From Heteronotia binoei (taxonomy: Eukaryota), in the NCBI RefSeq assembly GCF_032191835.1, contig NC_083230.1:82584001-82648000 (forward strand): DNA of 64,000 nucleotides. The letters are read 5' to 3'. Under the pieces are notes generated by a model. The model did not search any database. It was not told the DNA's origin and was given only the letters and a program-made list of their open reading frames with translations. Positions 37,792 to 50,916 of the stretch are shown here, piece by piece; the first letter of the stretch is position 1, and each line of letters begins with the position of its first letter. A program made the translations under genes and the position numbers.

Positions 37792-38631
37792 CTAAAATCT
37801 GCTCTGTCCAGCTCAGTTCCATCTTTTGCAATAAGGGAATCAAAATCTTGCCCTTAAGGCTAATGTTGAGATAACTAAGGAGATGTGGCATACTTTCAAC
37901 ACTCAAAAACACTATGCTGGTATTCATAATAATCCAGGGTAACATTTAGCATGATAGCAGACATTAGGCATTCCTTTACTTGTTGCCAGTCCCCCTAAAG
38001 CCATCTTATCCCAACAAAATATACCTCTGCCCAAGTCACAGCTCCTCATGCCTAGTGCCTCGTGTCTGTCATTCCAGCACCCAAAGGATCCCTTTAGATG
38101 AATTGCACCAGTTGACTCACACATATAAAACTGTCACAACTAAGTTGCTCCAGGGGTCAATTAACATTCCTTTCAACAAATGCATTCCACTGCTCAATAT
38201 TTTGGATTCTTGGAAAGAAATTTCTTCCTAGCAGGAGAGTCACCAAGTTCCCCAGTCTTCTGGTCTACAGACAAGGGGTGAAATACCCTCATTCCACCTA
38301 CCAGTAACAGCCAGCCTAGACAAGATTTGCCCTCAGAGCACCATTGCCTGCCGTGCAAGCCAGAGGATGCTGTCTGCATGACTCCTCTGAGTAAGGTCCT
38401 AGTGCAGGTAGGGAGGTGCTGCCAGAGCAGCAGCTATGAGGCTTCACATCCTGCCCTTTCCAGTTCCTTGTTCACTGCAGTTGGGTCCAAGCTCTTGCTT
38501 CTGAAACATTGTGAAAGGCATGTCAAATTTTGTAATATCCTGTTTGTACTCCCATTTGTTAAGTTTGAAAATGTCAAGAGGGAGAAACTTTCACAATTTA
38601 GGAGGGTCACACAGAGGCACAAACTTGTCAC

Positions 38632-38825
38632 CAATGTTCCCTTTAAGCTGAGGAGTCTTGTGAGCAAAAATTCTACTTTATGAGCTACTGGCATTAAAGT
38701 TGTGAGCTACTACATAAATTAGTTTGCTCTGGGGCCATCCTTCGTGAGCCAGGACAAAAATATGTGAGCCAGAGGCTAAAAAACTGTGAGCTAGCTCACA
38801 CTAACTCAGCTTAGAGGGAACATTG
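38632..38825. mobile_element. CAGTGTTCCCTCTAAG-TIR hAT MITE
   Basis: Perfect TSD CTTGTCAC; sister copies at 52320-52513 and 53787-53978. Confidence 0.9.
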
Positions 38826-38930
38826 CTTGTCACATACACCCAGAAAAAAGAGCAGGGAAATACAAACCCAGGCAACTTACACCAGCCTTTAAGAATTATT
38901 CCCTGGTGGGGAGGGCGGGATACAAATAAA

Positions 38931-38933
<3 letters not shown>

Positions 38934-38987
<54 letters not shown>
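38934..38987. repeat. (TAT)18 microsatellite at an L2/SINE-type tail
   Basis: Direct reading; preceded by ggggagggcgggatacaaataaa. Confidence 0.95.
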
Positions 38988-38988
<1 letters not shown>

Positions 38989-39952
38989 AAAAAATAAAGG
39001 TAAGTAAGTAAGTAAGTAAAATTTTATTTATATCCCGCCCTCCCCCGCCACGCAGGCTCCCACGCAGGAACGGCACACCTTTTCAATTCCTTCCTTCCAT
39101 AGGAAATAATGAAGGATAGGGGCACCTTCTTTTGGGGCTCATAGAATTGGACCCCCTAGTCCAATCTTTTTGAAACTTGGGGGATATTTTGGGGAGAGGC
39201 ACAAGATGCTATACTGAAAATTTGGTGTCTCTACCCCAAAAAACAGCCCCCCGCAGAGCTCCAGATACTCGTAGATCAATTCTCCATGGTTTTCTATGGA
39301 AATAAATCTCCACAGGGAATAATAGAGTTCCCAGCAGACATTTCCTTCCCCTCCGCCCCCCGCTTTCTGACAACCCTGAAGCGGAGGGGGGGGAGGGTCT
39401 CCAAACCGGGGGATCCCCTGCCCCCACCTGGGGATTGGCAACCCTACTTCACATCAGTGCTTCATGTCTTTCCTAAAGAATGCCTTTAAATTGGTTTAGC
39501 TTAGCCAAACATGCTCACACCATCGAGGAAGGTTAAAATGTCTGCTGCTTTTTGCATTTCACTTTTGCTCCTTCCCTGCTACTTAGCTCTTTGTGGTGCC
39601 TCAAGCCCACCCCGCTTCCTGAAAAACAAGAGACAACCTAGGCTTCTGCTGTGCACATGGACAGGTCTTCACAAGCAGCAGTGGGTAGTTGCCATGAAGA
39701 GCAGCATTTCCTTAAAATGAAACTGAGCAAATTGCAAAGCTCAGGTAGCTTGAAAAAACAGGAGTGCACAAGGTCACCCAGATGGGTATAGCAAATGATC
39801 CTCCCCATATAGAGGGAGGGCATCTCTTGGAACCAAGGGCCACATCCTACTACCTGTAACAATATTTATTTAGTCCATTTATATCCTGCTCTGCCTCCAA
39901 AGAGATCTGGGGAACATACTTGGTTCTCTCTCCTGCATTTTATCCTCACAGA

Positions 39953-40122
39953 CAGGGCTTTATTTTAACAGGAGCACACAGGAACACAGTTCCAGCTGGC
40001 TTGATGTCAGGGGGTGTGGCCTAATATGCAAATGAGTTCCTGCTGGGCTTTTTCTACAAAAAGCCCTGTTGAAACAATGGTGATGTCAGGGCATATGGCC
40101 TAATATGCAAATGAGTTCCTGC
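39953..40122. mobile_element. CAGGGCTTTTT hAT MITE plus partial second unit
   Basis: Family match; octamers at 40026 and 40105. Confidence 0.8.
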
Positions 40123-40125
40123 TCA

Positions 40126-40262
40126 CAATAACCCTGTGAAGTAGGTTAGGCTGAGTGTGAGACTGGCCCAAGGTCACCAGTGAGGTTTCATGGCAGAGTG
40201 GAGGATATGAACCTGTGTCTCCCAGGTCCCAGTCCGACACTCTAAACTTGATGCCACACTGG
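40126..40262 (-). mobile_element. MIR/Squam3-like SINE, truncated
   Basis: tRNA-like head and CORE on the minus strand. Confidence 0.65.
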
Positions 40263-41079
40263 GTTTCCCAGTCTCTGTTCTTCATCCTCCATTAGCTAGT
40301 TCCTGGTAATCCGACCTATGGTGCCATATTTAAAAGGCCTTACAAAGCAGTGCTTAACTCAGTGCAGCTTAACTCAGTATCTTCCATCAAGGGCCTCTGA
40401 CTCCGTTTTAAAAAGGGACATTTCGGTGTAACATGCTGGTTATTTTAACAGCCTATTTTGAAAAACAAGTGGTGATGATATTTAGAACTTTTTAAAAATA
40501 ATTTTTATTCACATTGCTCAAAAGTCTTTTTCTACAACCCCAGCATTTGGCATGCACATTGGGACTGTTGTAAGGAACACTGGCATAACACATAACCCAT
40601 GGATGGAGCACATACAATGCAGCTGGGTAGAATCTTGGAACCCAGCCCCATTCAACAATCCCAGAGCCACATGAACAGAGGAAAAAGAAAAGAAAAGATA
40701 GGCCTACTTGCCCATGGGTTTTAAAGGTATAATATATAGATGAACCAAAGGTTCATTTGAATGACAAGACTTTGATGTTCTGCTTCTATGTTTAGGTATC
40801 TATCTTTTTGCCCTACTGCATCTAACTGAAGTGCTGGAGGGTCTGAGATTTCTACTGAGACAACAGCATGTGCATATGGGTAGAGAATGGGCTAAAAACT
40901 CCTGTTGTAAAGCAGCAACTCCAAGCCAAATCATTCTCCATTCCTACATCTACTTTAATGTCAAAAAAATCTATTAATGGATAGCCCACACATACTGTGC
41001 AGTTTGGCCCTCAGCTTCAGACCAGATTAGACATTGCCTCCCCCACCAAAAAGCTTACTCATCTCCTATGTTACATATT

Positions 41080-41648
41080 TTGTTGTTGTTCAGTCGCACA
41101 GTCGAGTCTGACTCTTTGTGACCTCATGGACCAATCCATGCCAGACCCTCCTGTCTTCCACCATTCTCCGAAATCTACTCAAAGTTGTGTTTGTTACATC
41201 AGTAATGCTGTCCAGTCATCTCATCTTTTGCCGTCCCCTCCTTCTTTTGCCTTCTGTCTTTCCCAGCATCAGGATCTTCTCCAGTGAGTGCTCCCTTCTC
41301 ATTTGGTGGCCAAAGTATTTGAGCTTCAGCTTCAGCATCTGACCTTCCAGTGAACAGTCTGGGTTGATTTCCCTTAGGACTGACTGATTTGATTTTCTTG
41401 CAGTCCAAGGGACTCTCAAGAGTCTTCTCCAGCACCACAGCTCAAAAGCATCTATTCTTCTGCGCTCGGCCTTCCTTATGGTCCAGCTCTCACAGCCATA
41501 CATTACTACTAGGAATACCATCGCTTTGACTATATGGACTTTTATTGGCAGGGTGATGTCTCTACTTTTTATTATACTGCCCAGGTTCACCATAACTGTC
41601 CTCCCAAAGAGCAAACATCTTTTAATTTCATGGATACAGTCACCATCT
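41080..41648 (-). mobile_element. BovB (RTE) LINE 3' fragment
   Basis: KSRDITLP.KVHIVKAMVF.VVMYGCESWTI.KAERRRIDAFELWCWRRLLRVPWTAR..NQS.L.EI.P.CSLEG is the BovB ORF C-terminus; (CAA)n tail. Confidence 0.95.
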
Positions 41649-43967
41649 CAGGGCCATACCTGACAAGTTAGTCCATCAACACTCTCTTGTTACATATTCC
41701 TACAAATGCAGGAAATCTTTGCCTACAAGTACAGCAAATCTGAAAGATTATTTAGAAATAACCAACATCATCAAGTCACTAGAATACATCACCTTTGCTG
41801 CCTCTGAACTCATTACTTAAATATGGAGTTCAAGTTAATTTGGGGGGGGGGGAGACTCTAATAGCAGATGTAATGTCTATAAAAGGCACTCTGCCCATAC
41901 TCAGAAGAATCCCCAGCTTTGCTATTATCTCTGATGTTCCTGGCATTCAAAACAAGTTTCAGAATGAACTGGATCAAAACCGGCCCCCTGGCTAGAGGCA
42001 AGTGTGACAATTTGTTCAACTCAATATTGCTTGTTTGGCTCGTTCTGGCAAGCCAGTTGCCGCTCATCATTCCAGAGCCTGTTATTAGGCAATTCCATGA
42101 TTTCTGCAGCCAAAAATGCTATTTGTTTCATAAATGATTACAGTAAATTGGGAACTGGGGCGGTGCGAGGGGAGAAAGCAGGACTGTTGGATTGCATATT
42201 ATGGCTCTGTGTTCAGGATACAAATGCGGAAAGGAGAAAACGAGAACAACCAAAACTCCTGAAAAGCATATTAAATGATGAGGGCTAAAAAAGTACATAA
42301 GATATTGGAGTCTCAAGGATTCAGCTGACTTCAACTCTCTGCCTACATTCCAGTTCCCTAATCAAAGCAAGCATCCTCGGCCGCTTTTATCCCACTGAGC
42401 ATGTGGGGGCGTGGACAAGTATTTTGCCACCTTTTCCACCCTACTGCAGTTATAGTTGTCAGAGGGAGGCAGTTTCAATCAAGGAAATGGTATCAGCATG
42501 CAGAATTAAATCCCACCATTCTCCCGCCTTGGGTCCTGAGTCATTAGAGGGACCCCACCCACCACCACAGTAGCTGCTTTCCAAAACCAAATTACACCCC
42601 AGGGAATCAGTTCAGTTTTTCTGGCGCCACACAGAGGTTTCCCTTTTGCAGCAGTCAAACAGTCAGCTGGAGGGCGAGGGTCACCAGTCTCCAGATGGGG
42701 CTTGAAGATCTCCCAGAATTACAACTGATTTCCCGTCAAAAGAGATCAGTTCTTCTGCAGAAAATGGCTGCCTTGGAAGTGGACTCTATAGAGGTATTCC
42801 CTATGGAGGTTCTTCCCCTCCACAAACCCCTTCTTTCCTAAGTCTCCCCACCCCCCACCCCCCCAAAAAAGCCAGGAATTTTCCTACCCTAGTGACTACT
42901 TATGCGTTTGCAGCCAAAACAGGCAGCAGCAAAATGGAACCAGAATAATCTGGCAAAATATTGTTCACCATATATCATCACTGTTTTCCCAAACACACTC
43001 AAACTGACTCACTAACCATTGCAACCAGCCCATAGAGCAGGCCAGCATTTACCTCATTTTAGCTTAGAAAGTGAAAGAACAGGTTACCTAAGTTTATGGT
43101 TGATATGATTTTAATAAGGAACCTCTTGGCTCATAATCTCACTCTCAAATTCTAAAAGAAACCTGAATGATGACATATAAATTGCAATTATATGCAGCCA
43201 TTTTTTTAAAAAGTTTGTGTATAACCTTTCCATAAGTGGATCATAGTTCATTCTGGCTCATTTTCCTTTCAGGTAAATACCGTAGCTCCGCAGGACGAAT
43301 AATTGCATCCAAGCACCTCAGAGTCACATTTCAGTTTCACAGCAACCACCATGTGAAGTAGATTTGCTCAGGAATTAATAGCCAAATAGGGATTTGAAAC
43401 TTGGGTTTTCAACGTCCAACACTCTGAGAATACTGACTTTTATGGACCGAAGGTCTGATTCAGTATAAGGCAGCTTCATATGTTCATATATGTTCACAAA
43501 CAATCCTATAGGCTGCCATCTGAAATGTCTAAGAATTTTAATTAATCTGTTGTTTATTTTTTAACTTGTATAATGTTTTAATCCATGTTGCACATTGCCC
43601 TGCACCCAGCACTGGCTGGGATGGGGCGATTAAGCAAGTTTTAATAACAACAGTGATATCGCTCAAAAAATCTGTTCATCTGGCCCAGGCATAGCCCTCA
43701 ACCTCCAAGCTATGAATGGCAGCCACTTGCTCCCATTTGTCCACGTGTTTTTTTTCTTTCTTTCTGCTATGTGTACATCCTGCTATGTGGGAATTCACTT
43801 TATGCACCTGACAAAGTGAACTCCAGCTCACTAAAACTTCTGTTTCAATAAACCTGTACTTCTTTAAATGTGCTACAAGACTTTCTTTTTTAGTTTCTTT
43901 CTGCAAGAAAAACAAAAACGGACTCCACTTAAATGTGGCTCACATGTGGAAATAGGCAGCTACAGCA

Positions 43968-45841
43968 TACAAAGGGTGGTCCGCCCTCTCCTGAAAAAAT
44001 CAACACTAGATCTGACCAAATTGGCACATTACTGGCTGGTCTCGAATTTACCCTTTCTGGGTAAAATTATTAAGAGGGCCGTGGCGTTGCAGTTACAGAG
44101 CTTTCTGGAGGACACTTCCGTTCTCGATCCCCACCAGTCCAGTTTTCGCCCAGGCCATGGGACGGAGACAGTGCTGGTCGCCCTGGTGGATGACCTCCAG
44201 CGGCACCTGGATCAAGGCGGCTCGGCGGTACTGATGCTGTTAGACCTATCAGCAGCGTTCAATATGGTCGACCATCGGTTGCTGACTTGCTGTCTCACCG
44301 ATGTGGGGATTCAGGGGTTGGCCCTACAATGGCTTTCCTCTTTCCTTGATGGTCGAGGACAAAGGGTGGCAATTGGGAGTGAACTGTCCCAGAGACGCAC
44401 ACTTGATTGCAGGGTGCCTCAGGGGACGGTTCTGTCCCCAATGTTGTTTAACATCTACATGTGCCCCCTTGCCCAGATTGCCCGGAGGTATGGGTTGGAT
44501 TGTCACCAGTATGCTGATGACACCCAGCTCTATCTACTGATGGACAGCCGGCCTGACTGTGTCCCAGAAAATCTGGACCTGGCGTTGCAAGCCATGGCTG
44601 GATGGCTCAGGCTGAGTAGTTTGAAACTAAATCCAGTGAAGACAGAGGTCCTTTGCTTGGGTTGGTGTGGTCCGGGAAGGGAAATTCCCCTGCCAGCCTT
44701 TGACGGTGCACCACTGACAGTGGCGCACAGGGTCAGGAGCTTGGGGGTACTACTGGAGCCTGCCCTGAAAATGGAGGCCAAGATAGCAGCCACTGCTAAG
44801 TTCGCATTTTTTCATCTTAGGCGGGCAAGGCAGCTGGCTCCTTTCCTGGAACACAGTGACCTGGCAACAGTGATCCATGCAACGGTCACCTCGAGGTTGG
44901 ACTACTGTAATGCCCTCTACATGGGGCTGCCCCTGTGCCGAACCTGAAAGTTGCAGCTAGTGCAGAATGCCGCTGCCCGGCTGTTATTAGGGCTTCCTAG
45001 GTGGGAGCAAATTCAGTCGGGGCTCCGGGGACTGCACTGGCTGCCAATAATATACCGGGTTCAGTACAAGGTGTTGGTTATTACCTTTAAAGCCCTATAT
45101 GGCCTTGGACCTGCCTACCTTAGGGACCGTCTCTCCCCACATGTTCACCAAAGAGTACTCAGATCTGGTTCCCAAAATCTGCTAGTAATCCCTGGGCCGA
45201 AGAAGGCCTGTCTGAAGTCAACCAGGGATAGGGCCTTTTCAATCACAGCCCCCTGCTGGTGGAACCAGCTACCGGAGGAGGTGAGGGCCTTGCGGAACCT
45301 TGGGCAGTTCCACAAGGCCTGTAAGAGCCAGTTTGTTGTAGTGGTTAAGTGTGCGGACTCTTATCTGGGAGAACCGGGTTTGATTCCCCACTCCTCCACT
45401 TGCACCTGCTGGAATGGCCTTGGTTCAGCTGTAGCTCTGGCAGAGGTTGTCCTTGGAAGGGCAGCTGCTATGAGAACCCTCTCAGCCCCACCCACCTCAC
45501 AGGGTGTCTGTAGTGGGGGAGGAAGGTAAAGGAGATTGTGAGCCGCTCTGAGACTCTTTGAGGTGGAGGGCAGGATATAAATCCAATATCTTCTTCTTTG
45601 TAAGACGGTCCTCTTCCGGTTGGCATATAACTAACTGGTATTTAAAAACTGCGAAGGAAGGCTGTGAGAATAGCACCGAACTGTCAGACTGTCTGTTCTT
45701 GTTTTACTGTTTTAACTATTGTAAATTACTGCATATGCATTTTAATAGTTATTAATCTTATTGTTCTAGATTTTATGTTGTAAGCCGCCCTAAACCCGCC
45801 TCGGTGGGGAGGGCGGGATATAAATCGAATAAATAAATAAA
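43968..45841 (+). mobile_element. Young L2 LINE, 5'-truncated
   Basis: RT (FRPGHGTETVL, DLSAAF, VPQG.VLSP, YADDTQLY) and C-terminus open apart from one TGA at 44945; L2 3' UTR and (AATA)n tail. Confidence 0.95.
45327..45598 (+). mobile_element. Squam3-type SINE inserted at the end of the L2 ORF
   Basis: TSD TGTAAGA (45320-45326, 45599-45605); (TTC)n tail. Confidence 0.9.
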
Positions 45842-45984
45842 TTTGACTCCCTCTGCTGCTCAAATGTTTGCTGTGGTTTATGGAAGGAGTTATCCCCAAC
45901 CCTCTATTTCTGTTCCCACTGTGGAGGAGGAAGAGTACCTAACACCTGCATCTTCATGACAGAAAGCATCCAAAGTGATGAGAG

Positions 45985-48900
45985 ATCCTTGAAAACAGGT
46001 TGTGCAAAAGCTGGAAATGAACCTGCTGGCAGCTATAATCAGCCCCCAACCACCAATTGCTCCTAGTCCAGCGCTTCTAATTTATCAAAAAGGTGGCAGA
46101 GCAGTTTTTAAACTAAATCTTGGGGGAAAGCCGACAGGAGATGGAATGTCTCTGGTTCGGGAGGACTCATCTCAAAGAGATGAAGGGTTGGCTTCTATTT
46201 TTCTACCGAGTAACGGATCAGAGTTGTCCACTGTGATGGTGACAAACAGTATGGACTGTCTGCCAGAGTCTCGAGGCGGCAGGACAGAGGTGGCGGGCCT
46301 AGCTTGCCTGGGAAATTATAAATGTTTGTATGCAAATGCTAGAAGTGTCCGAAGTAAAATTGGTGAATTGGAATGTTTAGTGTTGGGAGAAAACATAGAC
46401 ATTGTGGGAATTTCAGAAACTTGGTGGAATGAGGAGAATCAGTGGGACACGGTGATTCCTGGATATAAGTTATATCGGAAGGATAGGGAGGGAAGGGTTG
46501 GAGGTGGGGTGGCTCTGTATGTCAGAGAGGATATACGGTCCAGTAAGACTGAGGTCAGAGAATTAGATTCCCTTTTAGAAATGCTTTGGGTTGAAATAGA
46601 GGACCCAAAAGGAAATTTAACTATGGGAGTTTGTTATTGCCCACCAAATCAAAAGAGAGAGGACGATTATAATATGATGGAAGGATTAAAGATAGCGGCT
46701 AAACGTAAAAACTGTGTCGTAATCGGTGATTTTAACTACCCGCAGATTGATTGGGTCAATATGTGTTCTGGTCGAGAGAAAGAGATTGAGTTTCTTGATG
46801 CTCTCAATGACTGTGCTATGGAGCAGATGGTCTCAGAACCTACCAGAGGTGGGGCGATCCTGGATCTGGTCCTAAGTAATGCCCAAGACTTAGTGAGAGA
46901 CGTAAAAGTGATTGCGCCGCTTGGGAACAGTGTCCATAATGTTATTGATTTCACCGTTTGTATAAATAGGGAGTTGCCCAAAAAGACCGCCACAACACAT
47001 TTAACTTTAAAAGGGGTAAATTCTCTGAGATGAGGAGGCATGTGAGGAGGAAACTGAAAGGAAAGGTAAATATGGTCAAAACCCTTGGGGAAGCTTGGAG
47101 ACTATTTAAAACTATAATCCTAGAAGCTCAGATAAAATACATACCACAAGTTAGGAAAGGCACAAACAGGTATAAGAAGAGGCCAGCATGGTTAACAAAC
47201 AAAGTAATGGAAGCTGTAAAAGGTAAGAAGGACTCCTTTAAGCGGTGGAAAACCAGTCCAAGTGAGATTAATAAAAGGGAACACAGGCAGTGGCAAATCA
47301 AATGCAAGACTGTGATCAGGCAGGCAAAAAGGGACTATGAGGAGCATATTGCAAAAAACATAAAGACCAACAATAAAAATTTCTTCAAATATATTAGAAG
47401 TAGGAAACCAGCCAGGGAAGCAGTGGGGCCCTTGGATGACCATGGGGTAAAAGGATTACTGAAGGAGGATGGGGAAATGGCTGAGAAGCTGAATGCATTT
47501 TTTGCCTCCGTCTTCACCGTGGAAGATGAGAAGTGTTTGCCTGCCCCAGAACCACTAATATTGGAAGGGGTGTTGAAAGACCTGAGTCAGATTGAGGTGA
47601 CAAAAGAGGAGGTCCTACAACTGATAGACAAATTAAAAACTAACAAGTCACCGGGTCCGGATGGCATACATCCGAGAGTTCTGAAAGAACTCAAAGTTGA
47701 ACTTGTGGATCTTCTAACAAAAATCTGTAATCTTTCATTGAAATCTGCCTCTGTTCCTGAGGACTGGAAGGTAGCAAATGTCACCCCCATCTTTAAAAAG
47801 GGTTCCAGAGGAGATCCAGGAAATTACAGGCCAGTCAGTCTGACTTCAATACCGGGAAAGTTGGTAGAAACCATTATCAAGGACAGAATGAGTAGGCACA
47901 TTGATGAACACAGGTTATTGAGGAAGACTCAGCATGGGTTCTGTAAGGGAAGATCTTGCCTCACTAACCTGTTACATTTCTTTGAGGGGGTAAACAAACT
48001 TGTGGACAAAGGAGACCCGATAGATGTTGTTTACCTTGACTTCCAGAAAACTTTTGATAAAGTTCCTCATCAAAGGCTCCTTAGAAAGCTTGAGAGTCAT
48101 GGAGTAAAAGGACAGGTCCTCTTGTGCATCAAAAACTGGCTGAGTAATAGGAAGCAGAGAGTGAGTATAAATGGGCAATTTTCGCAGTGGAGGACGGTAA
48201 GCAGTGGGGTGCCGCAGGGCTCGGTACTGGGTCCCATGCTCTTTAACTTGTTCATAAATGATTTAGAGTTGGGAGTGAGCAGTGAAGTGGCCAAATTTGC
48301 GGATGACACTAAATTGTTCAGGGTGGTGAGAACCAGAGAGGATTGTGAGGAACTCCAAAGGGATCTGTTGAGGCTGGGTGAGTGGGCGTCAACGTGGCAG
48401 ATGCGGTTCAATGTGGCCAAGTGCAAAGTAATGCACATTGGGGCCAAGAATCCCAGCTACAAATACAAGTTGATGGGGTGTGAACTGGCAGAGACTGACC
48501 AAGAGAGAGATCTTGGGGTCGTGGTAGATAATTCACTGAAAATGTCAAGGCAGTGTGCATTTGCAATAAAAAAGGCCAACGCCATGCTGGGAATTATTAG
48601 GAAGGGAATTGAAAACAAATCAGCCAGTATCATAATGCCCCTGTATAAATCGATGGTGCGGTCTCATTTGGAGTACTGTGTGCAGTTCTGGTCGCCGCAC
48701 CTCAAAAAGGATATTATAGCATTGGAGAAAGTTCAGAAAAGGGCAACTAGAATGATTAAAGGGCTGGAACACCTTCCTTATGAAGAAAGGTTGAAATGCT
48801 TAGGGCTCTTTAGCTTGGAGAAACGTCGACTGAGGGGTGACATGATAGAGGTTTACAAGATAATGCATGGGATGGAGAAAGTAGAGAAAGAAGTACTTTT

Positions 48901-49116
48901 CTCCCTTTCTCACAATACGAGAACTCGTGGGCATTCGATGAAATTGCTGAGCAGACAGGTTAAAACGGATAAAAGGAAGTACTTCTTCACCCAAAGGGTG
49001 ATTAACATGTGGAATTCACTGCCACAGGAGGTGGTGGCGGCCACAAGCATGGCCACCTTCAAGAGGGGGTTAGATAAAAATATGGAGCAGAGGTCCATCA
49101 GTGGTTATTAGCCACA

Positions 49117-49160
<44 letters not shown>

Positions 49161-49245
49161 TTGGCCGCTGTGTGACACAGAATGTTGGACTGGATGGGCC
49201 ATTGGCCTGATCTAACATGGCTTCTCTTATGTTCTTATGTTCTTA
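45985..49245 (+). mobile_element. CR1 LINE from the ORF1/ORF2 junction to the 3' tail
   Basis: APE (CLYANARS, GISETWW, GDFNYP) and RT (YRPVSLTS, VPQGSVLGP, FADDTK); 3' UTR with (TG)n(TA)n and TTCTTATG repeats. Confidence 0.97.
46230..49111 (+). pseudogene. CR1 ORF2 (APE-RT) with a single frameshift near 46998 (start approximate)
   Basis: ORFs 46002-47033 and 47030-49111 join after restoring 1 nt in ...ACAAC^ACATTTAACTTTAAAAGGGGT (gives TTTFNFKRGKFSEMRR). Confidence 0.9.
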
Positions 49246-49685
49246 GTGCCTCTGCTCCCAGATGATTTTGCTGTTCAAATGGATCTTCCAGCACCCCAAA
49301 GCTGTCACCCCACCCCCCACAGTCACCTCCACATTCTCACATACCAGAGATTCCTTGGGTGAGGTGGGAAGAGACAAGCTTTGCCTCTTGGACTAAAATT
49401 CAGAAACCTTCAGTCCCATGTTTCCATTTCCTCATATCAATACTGCAATGTAAGAAGTACTCTTGAATTGCAGGTGCTTGAGAACAAAGTTCATTAGGTA
49501 GAAAAGAAAAAAAAATTCTCCCTTCCATGTAAAAAAAAAGAGAGGAGGAGGGAGAAAGAATATGTGTATGCAAACAAAGGTGGGGTTTTGAAAAAGAGTC
49601 AAAATAGTATCAACTGCAAAGAACTTGAAGGATCTCTTTTACGCACAAAAAGTGATTGGGGACACTGAGTTTAACTCTGAAAAAA

Positions 49686-49820
49686 AAAAGGTAGTCCCCT
49701 GTGCAAGCACCAGTCGTTTCCAACTCTGGGGTGTCATTGCTTTCACAACGTTTTCACAGCAGACTTTTTACGGGGTGGTTTGTCATTGCCTTCCCCAGTC
49801 ATCTACACTTTCCCCCCAGA
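49686..49820 (-). mobile_element. Sauria SINE 3' half
   Basis: Matches the 3' part of 24070-24371. Confidence 0.85.
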
Positions 49821-50750
49821 GATTGCCAAAAGCCCGTTTACGACATTCCCTTCCACTCTTGTGTAGCCAAGAAACAGAATTCAAAAAGGGCTCTAGCAGA
49901 TAGGAACTGCCTCAGTTGAGTCCTTATTATTCCCAGTGAGTTCTATGGACAATGGAAGCAGGCAATTGGACCAAATGACTGAGATCACCAGCAGCTGAAA
50001 GCATTTTTGGTGGCATCCTAGTTATGACCCTAGGTGCCTGCCTTTCCTCTCTCCCATTTAAGTAATGTTTGCCACGCATTCCTCGGTGCAAAGTGCTACC
50101 AGTACCTGTCCATATCACTAGATTGCCTAAACCCTACCAAGAGGGTTCCTAAAGGATACAGTTTCTCTTTTTTTTCCTGCCACCCCCTGCATTTTAACTC
50201 AAGAATGGCCACAAGGGAGTGCTATTTGTCCTGTGTACTGCTATCAGTAGAGATAGGTTTTCAGAACTGGGCAAACAGCATTCCCCCTGGGGCCATTTGT
50301 GATGACAGCACAGGTGGGTGACTTCAAAGCCCCTTCCCTTCATGCTGAAGTTCCAGTTCAAAATGGGCCCCCACAAACTGGGCAAGTAAAATAATAAAAC
50401 AATGGGAGCTGTGCACATGGAATTTCCAATGCATTGTACAGTTGTGGCAACACATTTATCCTAGAGTTTTCCAAAGTGGAGGGGAAGATATTTGCAAAAT
50501 ATCACAGGAACAAACACATCTACTGTAAATCAGTTTAAACCCTGGTTTACAAACAGTTAATAAACTTTGAAAAGCCATTCATTTGATAACTCTACTTTAT
50601 GTGGCAAGTCAAATCTGGAGTCTAGCTTGTCTAAGAGAGCTGATCCTTACAGCCTTCCTCCAGAACAGTAAGCTTCTGGATGGATATGGTGCATAAGAAC
50701 ATAAGCCATGTTGGTTCAAGCCAATGGCTGATCTAGTCCAACACTCTAAC

Positions 50751-50916
50751 CAATTTCACAACAGACCTTTAATCCTGGTTTAGTCCCGTCTCCAAACTGA
50801 CATTCTACACTAGAATCATAGAATCAGATAAACCAACTCTGTGTTCTATGATTTTAGTGTAGAATGTCAGCTTGAGGAAAGGACTAAACCAGGATTAAAG
50901 GTCTAGTGTGAAATTG
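50751..50916. mobile_element. Palindromic MITE, probably Harbinger-like
   Basis: CAATTTCACA.CAGACCTTTAATCCTGGTTTAGTCC arms of about 75 bp; end resembles 63817. Confidence 0.7.

Noticed and set aside
38823-39011. ORF encoding a poly-Tyr run
   Set aside because: Translation of a (TAT)18 microsatellite.
42130-42700. Mildly CpG-enriched stretch with GC box and AP-1 site as an alternative MGAT3 exon 1
   Set aside because: No clear minus-strand donor and not island-grade CpG density.
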